This document shows, piece after piece, positions 1 to 12,310 of a DNA stretch of 64,000 nucleotides. Within the stretch, counting starts at the first letter, position 1; each line of letters begins with the position of its first letter. The stretch is from Mobula hypostoma (lineage: Eukaryota): NCBI RefSeq assembly GCF_963921235.1, contig NC_086097.1, positions 122,018,001 through 122,082,000 of the forward strand, in the 5' to 3' direction. Made by a program: the position numbers and the translations under genes. The notes under the pieces are model-generated. The model did not search any database, was not told where the DNA came from, and was given only the letters and a program-made list of their open reading frames with translations.

Positions 1-454
1 TCAAAACAGAGGATGCCAGAGGATACTTCATTAAGGCGTGCAAAATTATGAGAGGCCTAGATGTGGTAAGTAAGACAGACCTATTTCCCTGGGCAGGGAG
101 CACAATGTCCAGTCAGCAAAGGTTTAATGATATGGTGGAAAAATAGTGGGGGCGGAGATGGGGGTCATTTGGCAAAATTAAAATTTCACACAGGGAGATG
201 CAGGACTCAAGACATGTCAGAGGCAGAAGTTCTCATTATACTTACTATGTATGTGGCCTAGAACTAGATACCCCTGACCTTGAACTGCCTACTCAGTAAT
301 TGTAATGTTCAATTTAGGCCATATTCCTTAGATTTTGGAAGGCATTTAAATTTGTCATGAAACTTAGTTAACTGAAGAGAGACAGAGATTGTCAGATCTA
401 GTAGTAAAATGCTTTCTCACTGCTACAGAACAATCAAGGTTCATAAAATCACAG

Positions 455-680
455 ATACAAGAAATTCTGCAGATGCTAGAAATCCAGAGTAACATGGGGG
501 AAAAAAAACGGTGGAGGAACTCAAACATGAGAAAATCTGCAGATGCTAGAAATCCAAGCAACACACACAAAATGCTGGAGGAACTCAGCAGGCCAGGCAG
601 CACCTATGGACAGGAATAAAGGGTCGATGTTTCGGGCCCTTCATTCAGTCCTGATGAAGTGTCTTGGCCCAAAACTCAGG
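455..680 (-). mobile_element. Penelope-like element terminal-repeat fragments, partly duplicated and inverted, with a decayed minimal hammerhead
   Basis: Recurrent motif acacacaaaatgctggaggaactcagcaggccaggcagca, followed by CTGATGA-agtgtcttggccc-AAAA at 651-674 (GAAA decayed). Same motif family as the GIY-YIG-bearing copy at 11.7-12.3 kb. Confidence 0.6.
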
Positions 681-829
681 TTTTGAATGAATTCCCTTCA
701 TTTACCCTTTGAAGTAGCATGTTCTTAATCTCCAGTGCTTTCAGTAAAATCTGCCACAAGCCCCTCTCGACAATTAGGTTTCCTATCCAATCGGATTTGC
801 TTCACCCCAACAAGCTCTTTCCCAGTCTA

Positions 830-1460
830 AGTGTGCGAGTCTACATCGGGGGCTTGGCGGTGGAGGGAGTCAGCAGCTTTACATTCCTGGGTAATAACAT
901 ATCAAATGATCTTTCTTGGGCAATCATAAGGAAAGTGCACCAGTATCTTTACTTTCTTAGGAGGTTAAGGAGGTTCAGCTTATCACCGAACACCCTGACA
1001 AGCTTCTACGGATTTACGGTTGAGTATCCTAATTGGCTGCATCGTGGTCTGATACGGCAATTCAATTGAGTAGGGATGAAAGAAGTAGTGAGCACATTCT
1101 CCCTACTGTTGGTAGTACCTGCAGGGGGCACTGTCTCAGGAGGGCAACATGCATTATCACAGATCCCCACCCTCCAGGACATGCTATTTCTAGGCATGTG
1201 TATCAGAAGCCTGAAGCTCCACGTGACTAGATCCAAGACAGCTCCTTCCCCTCAAAAGTGTTGTTCTTAAACCAACTGACACAACTCTAAACACTGCAGT
1301 TCAGAAATACTATGATTACTGTGCCCTAAAATGGACTATGTACTTCCATGTAAAGAGTGTGTATAATTCATGTTTAATTAATGTTTTACTTGTGAATGTT
1401 GCTCAACTGATGTTATGTGCCTGTAAAGCTGCGGCAAGTACGCTTATAGTTGCATCTAAG
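830..1460 (+). mobile_element. Rex1/Babar-type LINE 3' fragment (degraded)
   Basis: Peptide remnants VEGVSSFTFLG...LSW...YLYFLRRLRRF and IITDPHPPGH typical of the RT C-terminal region of this clade; frameshifted. Confidence 0.65.
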
Positions 1461-1462
1461 CA

Positions 1463-2041
1463 CAGATATCCCACCCTGCAAAAACTCATTTCAGGGAGGT
1501 AGCACCTCATACCCATATCCCCACCGCCCCCCCCCCATCGACCTCCAAGGGTGTATGTTGTTTCGTGATTTTGTCTAATCTGTAAACCAAGTTGGGTATA
1601 TGCAGAAAATGTGACATTAAAATATGTACTTATATTATATTATCATGTTTATTCTATTACAACTTTAAGCAAGTCTACAGGAAGTTTGGCCTTTTGGCTT
1701 TATCATATAAGATATCAATAGAGTAGCTCCTTAGCAACTAGCCAGCTAGTTTAAATAACGTTAGCTATGTTAATGAACAAACGACACCTGTTAAACTCAC
1801 CTCAACATGTCTTTTAGCGAGCAACACTGTCATTATTTTTGAGGTCACTGTAAAGTCCGCCGACACAGAAAACTGATAGGTCTACTTAGCATGAAGAGAG
1901 ACGACCAATCAGGATGCTCGCTCTCGCTCTCCCTCTCAAAAGAATCGACTTCCGGGATATTGTTTTTAATTTCTGGGTGTCAGGGAGCTGCTATCAATAT
2001 GCGGGAGACTCCCGGAACTTCCGGGAGTGGTGGGATGTCTG
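1463..2041. mobile_element. Non-autonomous DNA transposon (MITE) with CAG...CTG termini
   Basis: 13-bp TIRs CAGATATCCCACC / GGTGGGATGTCTG (1 mismatch), flanked by a TAAGCA direct repeat (1457-1462 and 2042-2047). Confidence 0.75.
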
Positions 2042-3719
2042 TAAGCATACATGTACTGTATGGCAGTAAACCGGGCATATGACCTATCACTACCTCTCTC
2101 CTCCTTTTATTCTTCTAAACTTCATTGAGTACAGGCCCAGAGCCATCAAACACTCCTCATACATTAATCTTTTAATTCCCAGGATCATTCTCATGTATCT
2201 ATTAAAGAGCACCGGTTTGAATGAGGACCACGAGCACTAGGCCTCTAATCCCGTACTCGCTGATGATGAGACCCCAAAAACAAGGCCTTGAACTCCTGCC
2301 TCGCAAACTCACATACCTAGCAGCCCTTGTGACTCTTGTCCACATGAAACTCCGATCTTGGAATCTGCCTACAGTTCATTAACCTGGTCAGGGAACCACC
2401 AGTCCTTATTCTTGCTGGTGTGCCAGCCTTACACCAACCACAGATGTCCCACAACTGTGTCGCTAGACTTCAAACGCAAAGCGGAGGCCTAGTCTCTGGC
2501 CTGACCTCTAATTCTTCCACATCCCTGACCCTTAATCCTAATCTGACCCCTAATTCCCCTCTTTATCCCTTTACGAATCTAAAATAAAATATCAAAACAA
2601 CAGCCAGGTTCTGAGCCATCTTATCCATTCATTCATTTATGCTTTCTTCAGAGCATCAATAATATCCGAATTGCATACTTAGTTTGATTGAATTTGTTTT
2701 GTTACACCAAGGTACAATGAAATTCTTTGTTTGCATGAAGTTCAGAGTAAACTGTAGACATAATGCTAAATACAAATATAATGATAAACAGAACAATGAA
2801 TGCAGAACAGCTGAATGGTACAAAGATTGTAGTGGATTCTGAAACAGTGCAAAGATAATACTGGAATAACAATAACAGAACAACAGAGAGGTAGAATTAG
2901 CTGGGTACGAGAATTTGGCAGCTCCACCAGGAAGTGGGTGTGAGGGAGGTGATTGATTCGGGAGTCTGACAGCAGTGAGGAAGAAACTGTTCTTGAGTCT
3001 GATTGCCCGGCTTTCAAGCTCCTGTATGTTCTCCCAGTAGGGGGAAGAGGGAAAAGGGAATGGCCATGAGCATGGCTGACATTCTTGACCATACTGTCAG
3101 CCATGACCATGATGCTGGACTTGATGGAAGGATGTGATGAGTTCATGACTGATTGGGCTGAGTTTACCACTCCCTGCAGTTCCTGCTATACATTGTGGAT
3201 TCTAACTCAGTATGTGTACTGATTATTAAGCAAACCAATCTCATTGTATCCACTAACAACTTAATAAATGGCAATAACAGATCAAAGACTGCTGTTTTAT
3301 ATCCCACTTCATGCACATTTTATTCATCATTCAACAAATATTCCTTTACCTTACTGTATTGCTTAACATTTGGGGGATGTAATGACCTCTCCAGGATTAT
3401 ACGATGTAAATGCACAACTTTGACAAATAACACCAACAAGTAATTAAAGCTTCATCAAAAAGGCATAAATTTTATTGTTTGAAACATAGAGAATTAGTAG
3501 AAGGAGTATGGTATTTGGCCCTTTGCGTTTTCTCCTACATTCAATATGTCCATGATCATCCATTGCAATAATCCCATTCTCTCCCATGCCATTGAGACTA
3601 GAAATCTATCTAACTCTTTTTTGATCTCTGACAGAGAATTCATCAAGTTTACCACCCTTTTTGTGAAGAAATTTTTCCTAGCTTCTGTCCTAGATATCTT
3701 GCCTCAGGATAAGAGGTAA

Positions 3720-5596
3720 TTATATCCTGAATTCTTTTTTAAAATTCTTCATTAGCAAAGTTGGAGACATTAGAATGAACATTTCCCCCCTGACCCGTGA
3801 CCTAACTGTCTCACTGGTCTGTTCATCTAAATTGGACTGTTTCCAACCCCTAACGCTACCCTCCCTTACAAAGATTGTTTCCACCATGAAACCTGCAACC
3901 TGCCCCCTTGACATTATCCCCATTGCCCTCTTGAAGGATGTCTTTGACATAGCTGGTCCCAGCATCCTCTCTGTTATCAACAACTCCCTGGCCACTGGTA
4001 CCGTTCCAACCTGCTTCAAGTCCAGCCCCTCCTGAAAAAAAACCAACTTAGACCCCACCTTACCTAGTACTTCAGAACTATTTCTAAACTTCCATTTCTG
4101 TCAAAGGTTCTCGAAAAGGTTATTCTTAGTCAATTGCTACCCTACCTACACCAAAACAACATCTTGGAAAGATTTCACTCAGGTTTTAAGGCTTGTCATA
4201 GCACAGAGTCTGCCCTGCTGAAAGTGTACAATGATCTCCTCCTCTCTACTGACTCAGGTGACTCTGCCATCCTAATTCTTCTTGACCTCAGCATAGCATT
4301 CGATACTGTGGATCATGCCATTTTAATGGACTGTCTCCAGTATGGGGTTGGTGTTGATGGCACTGCCTTGAACTGGTTCACATTCTACCTCAAACATAGA
4401 AGCTTCTCTGTCAACATAGGCAAATTTTCCTCTTCTCTAGCTAGTTTTTCCTGCAGGGTCCCACAAGGTTCCATCCTAGGTCCCATTCTTTTCTCTATAT
4501 ACATTCTTCCCCTCAGCCAAATCATTCAAAAACACAACATTTCCTTCTATTGTTATGCTGACAACACACAGCTTTATCTCCCCTTGAAACCAAACGACCA
4601 GTCCAATCTAGTCAGCCTCATGAACTGCCTTGAGGACATAAAGTGTTGGATGGCACAAAACTTCCTACAGCTGAATGAAGGCAAGTCTGAAGTTGTCCTG
4701 TTTGGTCCCCCTGACTCCATCAAAGTGATTAGCAACAGTCTTGGTAACCTGTCCACACTTGTCAAACCCCATGTCAAAAACCTTGGTGTGATATTTGATT
4801 CCGCCTTTAAGTTCAACAAGCAAGTTAATGCAGTAGTAAAAGCCAGTTTTTTCCAGCTTTGTACTATTGCTAAAATCAAGTCGTTTCTCTCTTTCAAAGA
4901 TCTCGAAAAAGTCATCCACATCCTTATATCCTGCCGCTTGGACTACTCCAACTGCCTGTATACTGGGATTAGTCAGTCGTCCCTGTCCCGCCTGCAACTG
5001 GTCCAGAACGCCGCAGCCAGGCTCCTGACAGGTGCCTGGAAGAGGGACCATATTACTTCTATCCTGGCCTCTCTCCACTGGTTACCAGTACGGTTTAGAA
5101 TTAATTTTAAGGTTCTCCTGTTGTTTATAAAGCCCTAAATAGGCTGGCCCCCTCCTATATCGCAGACCTTCTAATCCCTTATTCAACTTCCAGGTCCCTC
5201 AGGTCGGCTGACTTGGGGCTCTGGCTGTCCCGCGATCTAAATTTAAGCTTAGGGGTGACCGTGCCTTTGCTGTTGTAGCCCCTAGACTGTGGAACAGCAT
5301 TCCCCTCCCTATCAGATCTGCCCCCTCCATTGACTCTTTTAAGTCCAGGCTCAAAACTTACCTTTATTCACTAGAGTTTGAATCTTCCTGATGTGGCTAA
5401 TTTTTGGCTTGTGCCTAGGCTCATGTGTTGTTTATTTTGTGCTTATAAACTGTGTGCCTTGTTGTTTATATCTGTGTTTCTTGTATTTGTGATTTTAGCT
5501 ATCTGTTATGGTTTGTACAGCACTTTGGTCAACATGAGTTGTTTTTAAATGTGCTTTATAAATAAATTTGACTTGACTTGACTTGACTTGACTTGA
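3720..5596 (+). mobile_element. L2-clade LINE, 5'-truncated, inserted in an older CR1 remnant
   Basis: RT ORF 4134-5138 (LLDLSIAFDTVDH, VPQGSILGPILF, YADNTQLY, LHWLPVRFRINFK), frameshifted upstream piece 3775-4035, 3' UTR with AATAAA and a (TTGAC)n tail at 5568-5596. Minus-strand CR1-like sequence lies on both sides. Confidence 0.92.
4134..5138 (+). pseudogene. L2 reverse transcriptase remnant
   Basis: 334-aa ORF with RT motifs; catalytic YADD reads YADN; frameshifts at both ends. Confidence 0.85.
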
Positions 5597-5785
5597 ATCT
5601 ACACCCACACACCCTTGAAATATCCTCCCTGCATCTAGCCTGTAAAACATTGTCAGAATCTTGAATGTTTTAGTTGGATCTCCTCTCACTTTTCAAAGCT
5701 CTGGTGAAGCCTAGTAGACTCATTCTTTCCTACCATTCCAGGAATTAGTCAAAGAAATCTCATTGCCACCCCTCTGTGAAGTGTA

Positions 5786-6035
5786 CAGTCATTGGCCACA
5801 ATATTGGGGTACCTCCTGTACTTGATTTCTGAACAATCGTGGTCTTCTGCTGCTGTAAGCCATTCACTTCAAGGTTCGAAGTGTTGTGCATTCAGAGATG
5901 CTCTTCTGCACACCACTGTTGTAATGTGTGGTTATTTGAGTTAATGTCACCTTCTATAGGCTTAAACCAGTATGGAATCTCGTCTTACCTCTCTCATTAA
6001 CAATCCATTTTCACACACAGAACTGACACTCACCA
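5786..6035 (-). mobile_element. Tc1-like transposon remnant
   Basis: Reverse complement of the Tc1 transposase N-terminal segment at 43.6-44.9 kb (gtcttctgctgctgta...ctcttctgcacaccactgttgtaa). A left-end fragment (tagtggctactttattagatacacc) is at about 8028-8130. Confidence 0.65.
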
Positions 6036-6943
6036 AACTTTTTTTTTGGTTATACATCATTTCTTAGATAAGGGGACCAGAATTATGCACAATCTCTGGG
6101 AGAGGCCTCATTGAGGCCCTATACAATTACAACAAGATATCCTTGTTTCTGTACTCAAAGTTTCCTTCAGTGAAGCCAACATACATTTGCTTCTTTAATT
6201 AGTTGGTGCAACAGCAAGTTTGCTTTTAGTAACTCATTAATAAGCACATCTGGGTCTCTTTATTCTTCAGTATTTTTCAACTGATTGCCATTTAATTACT
6301 CCTCTTTTGTTTTTCCTACAAAGTGGATAATGTCACATTATTTTATGTTATATTGTATCTGCAGTCCAATTAGGTATAATGTGTAGGGCTGCATTCTATC
6401 GAGTTGACATCATTCAGTATTAAAAGGGCACCTCTCACTCCAATAATCAAGAGTGCACAGGAGGCTGAAGGCCCGCTGACGGCCTGTCCTGGATTTGGAG
6501 GACTGTCTCTGTGTGTGGGATTGGAGTAAGGGGCTTGTTTTGCTGTTGTTGTTTAATAGCTGTTGTTCTGTTGTTGTAGTGGTTGTTTTTCTGCATACAT
6601 GGTGGGCATGCTGAGGTAGCAGTGGCAACACTTGTGGGCTGCCCCTGGTACATACTTAGGTTGTGTCAGTTGTTTATACAAATGATGGAATTAGCAGTAT
6701 GTTTCAATGTACATGTGATCAATAAATCTGAATCTGACTATATGCCACGGTGCAAAATGTGGGGCGAGCCTCAAGCGGTTAAGGCTTTGGTTATCTGTCA
6801 CCTGTAACTCTTAAAGCAATGGCTGGCTTCTCAAGGTTGAATAGTCAAGTCAGGCTAAGTCAAATTTATTGTAATTGTTACCATATACATGAATACCACC
6901 AAATGAGAGAACATTTCTCCAGACCAGGGTGTAAAATACAGTA

Positions 6944-7427
6944 TGGGGGGGGGGGGGTGATTGATAAGTTTGTGGCCTAAGGTAGAAGGAGTCAATTTTA
7001 GAAAACCTAGCACATTTTTATTTTTGCACGTAGACCCCTCCTACATGTACACACTTAGTCCAGTGGTCGTGGAGCATACGGATCCCTTCTTTATAGAAGT
7101 GGTCCACAGCAGGGGTAAATTGATAAGTTTGTGGCCTGTGGTAGAAGAAGATGAGTTATACAGCTCTTGTTGCATGCATGTGCAATTCAACTCTTTGAGT
7201 GAAAATGCAGAAAATTTGAAGTTAATAACTCATCTCCTACCTTAGGCCACGAACTTATCAATCACCCCTGCTGTGGAGCACTTCTGGAGGTCCAAGGCAC
7301 CAGCTTCTACAAAGTCCATGCTCCACGACCGCTGGACTAAGTGTGTAAATGTAGGAAAGTAAATGTACTAGGTTTTCTAAAATTGACTACTTCTACCTTA
7401 GGCCACGAACTTATTAATCACCCCTCG
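6944..7427. mobile_element. Mariner-type MITE, nearly fully palindromic, with internal second copies of the TIR
   Basis: TA on both sides (6942-43, 7428-29); termini ggggtgattgataagtttgtggcctaaggtaga / tctaccttaggccacgaacttattaatcacccctcg; about 200-bp inverted arms; inner TIR copies near 7111-7150 and 7235-7270. Confidence 0.85.
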
Positions 7428-8749
7428 TATTACACATAATACACGTATAGAACACAGTAACTTAGGCTATAATATGAAACAATATACACACAAGAAAGAA
7501 AGAAAATGGGAATTGGGTTGACTGGCTATGATGAGATGGGACGGGAGAAGGTTTGTGCCAAGGCAACGTAAGATAGTTGTATTGGATGGTCAAACCTCTA
7601 GGGTGTACAATAGATTCAATGGCAGAAACAAGTCACGTAAACAAAGCTGCAACATTCCAAGATAATGGCTTTAGGGCTTTTGTGCAGACATGGAGTATTG
7701 TGCAGTTTTAGATGAAAAGGACTTCTCCTTATAAAAGGCAGCAGGAACACATAGAAGATCAAGTAGCAACAAACAAGATGCTGTAGGATCTCAGCAGGTC
7801 AGGCAGAATTTGTGGAGGGAGATGGACAGGTAATATTTTGCATCAAGACCTTTCATTTGATTGTCCATTTTCCTCCACAGATCCCTCTAAATTGGTCAAG
7901 TTACTTCAGCATCTCGCTTATTGATCCAGATTCTAGCATCAGCAGCCTCTTCTAAGAGGAACAGATAAAAGTAGGTTAATGAAGTTCAGTCCCTCAGTTA
8001 CTAGGGCAGAAAACATATAGCTTATGTTAGTGGCTACTTTATTAGATACACCTTTACGCCTGCTTGATAATGCAAATATCTAATAAACCAATCACGTGGC
8101 AGCAATTTAATGCATAAAATTGCATTGACATTCAAAGTTCAAAATAAATTTAATATCAAAGTACATATACAACCATAAGATTAATTTTATTGAAGGCATT
8201 CACAGTAAATACAAGAAACACAATGGAATCAGTGAAAGACTGTACCCAACAGGGTGGCCAAACAATCAATCTGCAGAAGACAACAAACTGTGTAAGTCCA
8301 AAAAGGAGAAATAATAATAATAAATAAGCAATAGATATGAGGAACATGAGATAAAGAGTCCTTGAAACTGAGTCAATAGGTTGTGGGAACAGTTTATTAA
8401 CGGGATGAAAGAAGTTCATCAGGTTCAAGAGCCTCATGGTTGAGGAACAATAATTGTTCCTGAACGTGGTGGTGTGGGCCTTGACATGGTCCAGCTGTTC
8501 AGTTGTTGTTCACTCCAGTGTCTTTCTCTGAATTAGTCTAACGTTTTGAAGTTACATAACATAACAGTAAACCATTGCTTTGAAGAATTACAGTCCTCCT
8601 GATGAAGATACTTGTACAGTGCTGCTGGATGAGGAACTTGGATCCAATGGCAATACGACAATGGTATAGCTCCAAGTCTGGAGGATGCACATTTTGGTGG
8701 GGAACCTGCAGGAGCTGTTGTTTCTATGTGCCTGCTGCACTTGCTCTTC

Positions 8750-9810
8750 TTGAGATCAACACTATCATCACCTCAAAACTAATCAATAACTTCCAGTACC
8801 TCAGCCTTTACACCTTGTATGCAACTGGATCTTCGATTTTCTTACTTGCAGACCCCAGTCAGTTCAGAAGGCTCTGTGCTTAGCCTCCTGTTCTACTCAC
8901 TTTATACTGTATGCATAACTGCGAGGATAAGCACAGTTTGCTGATGACATCACTGTTGTTGGCCAAGTCAAAGGTGGTGATATATCAGCATATAGGAGGG
9001 AGATTGAAAAGCAGTTTGAATGGTGCCACAACAATAACCTCTCACTCACGTCAGCAAAATCAAAGAGCTGATAGAGGATCGAAGTTGGAGGGGGTCAGTA
9101 ACTTTAAATTCCTTGGTGCTATCATTCAGAGGGTCTGTCTGGAACCAGCTCATATGTGCCATCACAAAGAAAGCAAGGCAGCACTTCTTTCTTGGAAGTT
9201 GTACAGATTCGGCATGTCATCTAAAATTTTGGTAAACTTCTAAGGATGAACAGTGGTAAACGCCTTGTCCTGGTATGGAAACAACACTGCCCAAGAATGA
9301 AAAAGCTGCTAAAAGGTAATGAATACAGCCTAATCTATCACAGGTAAAGCCCTTCCCAATACTGAGTGCATCCACAAGAAAGCAGACTCCATCATCAAGG
9401 ACCTTACAGTCCAGGCCATGTTCTCTTCTGCTGCCATTGGGAAGCAAGTACAGGAGCCTTGGGGCCCACACCACCAGGTTCAGGAACAGTTATTACCCTT
9501 CAAACATCAGGGTTCTGAACCAGCGTGGATAACTTCACTCACCTCAACTCCGAACTGATTCGACAACCTATAGGATCACCTTCAAATACTCTACAATTTA
9601 CACTCTCAATGCCATTTATTTATTTGTTTATTATATTTGCATAGTTTGTCTTCTTTTGCACATTGGTTGTTTGTCAATTTGTGTTTGTAGCTTTTCATTG
9701 ATTCTATCGTATTTCTTTGTTCCACTGAGAATGTCTGTAAGAAAAGGAATCTCAGGATAGTACATGGTGACATATATGTACTTTGACAATAAATTTATAT
9801 TGACCTTTGA
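8750..9810 (+). mobile_element. Rex1/Babar-type LINE fragment with 3' UTR
   Basis: Degenerate FADDITVVGQVKGGD, WCHNNNL and NFKFLG motifs; 3' end gacaataaatttat...tttga shared with other copies (e.g. 21000-21570 minus). Confidence 0.7.
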
Positions 9811-10054
9811 AGTCACTGCAAAGCACTGGCAAAGTTCAATGTTTCTGTCACGGATCTCAAACTAATTAACTTGACTAAAACTAAACCTGAATATTTGCAG
9901 GTCCTCCCTCTCAAGGCTGAAACTCCAATAATACGATTGTGGTCAGCTTCGGCAGAATGCATTTATGCATCAATTTTAGCACTGAGATCAAAATGTGAAT
10001 AACACTTTACTCTCACTGATTCAGTACAGAAAGTAATATAACATATCAACCTAC

Positions 10055-10174
10055 CATTTTGTTCCCTTTGAACGCCGGCTGCCAAAAGATCAGGCTCCCC
10101 GAAACTGATGTCATTGAGTCTGGATCCTAAGCATTCAACAGAGAGAAGCTTACACCATTCTTCTGCCTCCAGTT
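10055..10174 (-). CDS. DOK6: Single internal coding exon of a docking protein (DOK4/5/6 subfamily), C-terminal PH domain to PTB linker; most likely DOK6
   Basis: Translates to (E)[39 protein letters not shown](x), matching DOK4/5/6 as I recall them (DOK6 [39 protein letters not shown]). Canonical acceptor (ttcttgcag) and donor (G|gtaggt) on the minus strand; 120 bp, phase 1-1. I found no neighbouring exons in the window, which fits the very large introns of DOK6. Family call is firm; paralog call is less so. Confidence 0.85.
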
Positions 10175-10319
10175 CTGCAAGAAAGCACATGGTAAAATGT
10201 GAGAGCATTACACTCTGCTGCTCACCGGAGAACTTATTTTAATTTTAAATAGAATTATTAACAGCAAAACACAACTGTAGCTTGTGGCATGTATAATATA
10301 CAAATCAGCTGTTTTGAGT

Positions 10320-11260
10320 TTCAATATTCAAGTTTATTTGTCAGGTGCACATTGAAACATACAGTTAAATGTGTTGTTTATGTTAATGAGCAACATATCT
10401 GAATCTGTGCTGGGGGCAGCCTGCAAATGCTGCCAAATTTTCCAGCTCCAACATAATAAGCCCACAATATTTGGCAGAGCATCACAGAACAAAACAAACA
10501 ACAAAGCAACAACAGCAAAAATCTTCCCACCCACACACATACACAGTGCTTAAATCCCAGGAAAAACCTCCAGCGACATGGACGGGACCTATAGGACCTG
10601 CAGGACCTTCGACGTCTTCAGTGGACTTGCAGAGTTTGGAAGACTCAGGTCCAGCCAGTGAGCTTCAGCTTCTGGACTTACAAAACGACCTTTGTCCCTC
10701 GACCCAGAGCATTGACCCCAGGACACGTCAATCGCCGGATATTAGGCCATGATCTCCTGACTTGCCAATGACGGGACCCTGGACACAATGCCTCTAACTT
10801 CAGTCTCACCAATTTTCAAACCCAAGGGACATTGGAAGGTATTTTCTCCCGCTCACACAGAACACTGACTCTGAAATCCACCAAAAAAATTGCTGACCCT
10901 GGTGGTGGCCCCTCGTCCACTCTCTGCCCATCACCAATGTCCCACACCTGCGTTGCTGGTCTTCAAATGTGGAGCGGAGACCTAGATTCCAGCCTGATCT
11001 CTAATTTCTCCTACATCCCTGTCCCTGAACCCTAACCTGACACCGAACTCTGCCTGCTGAGTTCCTCCAGCATTTTGTATGTTTTGCTTTGGATTTCCAG
11101 CATCTGCAGATTTTCCTGTGTTTGTGATGCCCCGACTCTTCTCTCTGTTTCCAAAACCATCCTTATGAAACTCAAAAAAAATTAAAAATTAAACAATCCA
11201 AAGGCAACTAAACCTGAGCTGAGACTTAACGGAGGCCTCAGTTTGGCACTATTTTAGGAA
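10320..11260 (-). repeat. Non-coding interspersed retroposon-like repeat; related copies at about 2200-2620, 6470-6740 and 51300-52640
   Basis: Shared blocks (gggggcagcc...caa.tg.tgcc, ccctaa-rich segment, tcaagtttattt tail) recur among these loci; no coding capacity. Confidence 0.5.
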
Positions 11261-11724
11261 GTTTAGTGTTGACATATTCTGAGACCTATGTGTACTCACC
11301 TCTGTTAGCCTGTGTTCCTTTTAACCAGAGCCTGAGATTAGTTAAGTAAACCAATGTTTCAAATAGCTAAAATGAGGGACACTTCCATTAAAAGATGGTC
11401 AAATTAAGTGTAATAGTTTTTAATACATTTAGATTGAATTTTACTCAATTTAGATTGAATTTCTCCAGCTGACATGACAATGAAGTTCACACAAGGTTGC
11501 ACAGCTGTCAACAGGTAGGAGGTACAGTGGAAACTTGTGGCTCATAGTATATCATTTGACACTTACTTAGGGTGTAGCCAAACCTTTCTATGAACTGAAA
11601 ATTAATCAGCCCATTTAACAAGAAGTCTATTACTTAGATGCATTGGTCATACAATCTTCAAACAAGCTGCTTGAAATATTATTTTATGAGGTAGGAATGA
11701 TACTCTAAGCAACACAAATTCATT

Positions 11725-12310
11725 ATCACAAACACAAGAGATTCTGCAAATGTTGGAATTCCAGAGCACCACACACAAAATGCTGGAGGAACTCAGCAGA
11801 TTGGGCAGCATCTATGCAGAGGAATAAGCAGTCGAGGTTTTGGGCCGAGATACTTCATCAGAACTGGAAAGGAAAGAGGAAGAAACCAGAATTAAAAAAG
11901 TGGATGGAGGGGAAGGAGTACAAGCTGGAAGTTGACAGGTGAACCCAGATGAGGGGGAAAGTGGGTGGGTCTGGGAGGGGGGATGAAGTAAGAAGCTGGG
12001 AGGTGATACGTGGAAGAAGTAAAGGGCTGAAGAAGAAGGAATCTAATGGGGAAGGATTGTGTATTGTGGAAGGAGGAGGGGCACCAGAGGATGGGATGGT
12101 CAGGAGAAGAGAAGAAAAGGGATAGGAGGTGAGCTCGAGTTGGGAATGGAAGAAGAAGGAAGTGTGAGGTGGAAATATTATGAAAGTTAGAGAAATTAAT
12201 ATTCATATAATCAGGATAGAGGCTAATTAGATAGAATATGGGGTGTTCCTCCTCTGACCTGAGAGTGACCTCATTGTGACAGTCAAGAAAGCCATGGCTT
12301 GACATGTCAA
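11725..12310 (-). mobile_element. Penelope-like element 3' end: GIY-YIG endonuclease C-terminus, pyrimidine-rich UTR, terminal repeat with decayed hammerhead
   Basis: HGFLDCHNEVTLRSEEEHPIFYLISLYPDYMNINFSNF resembles the PLE GIY-YIG tail (E..LI..LG.L.P.G.N). Minus-strand CTGATGA-agtatctcggccc-AAAA-cctcgac at 11831-11861. Confidence 0.75.

Noticed and set aside
9963..10208. 81-aa single-exon ORF
   Set aside because: Read-through of the 120-bp DOK exon into flanking intron.
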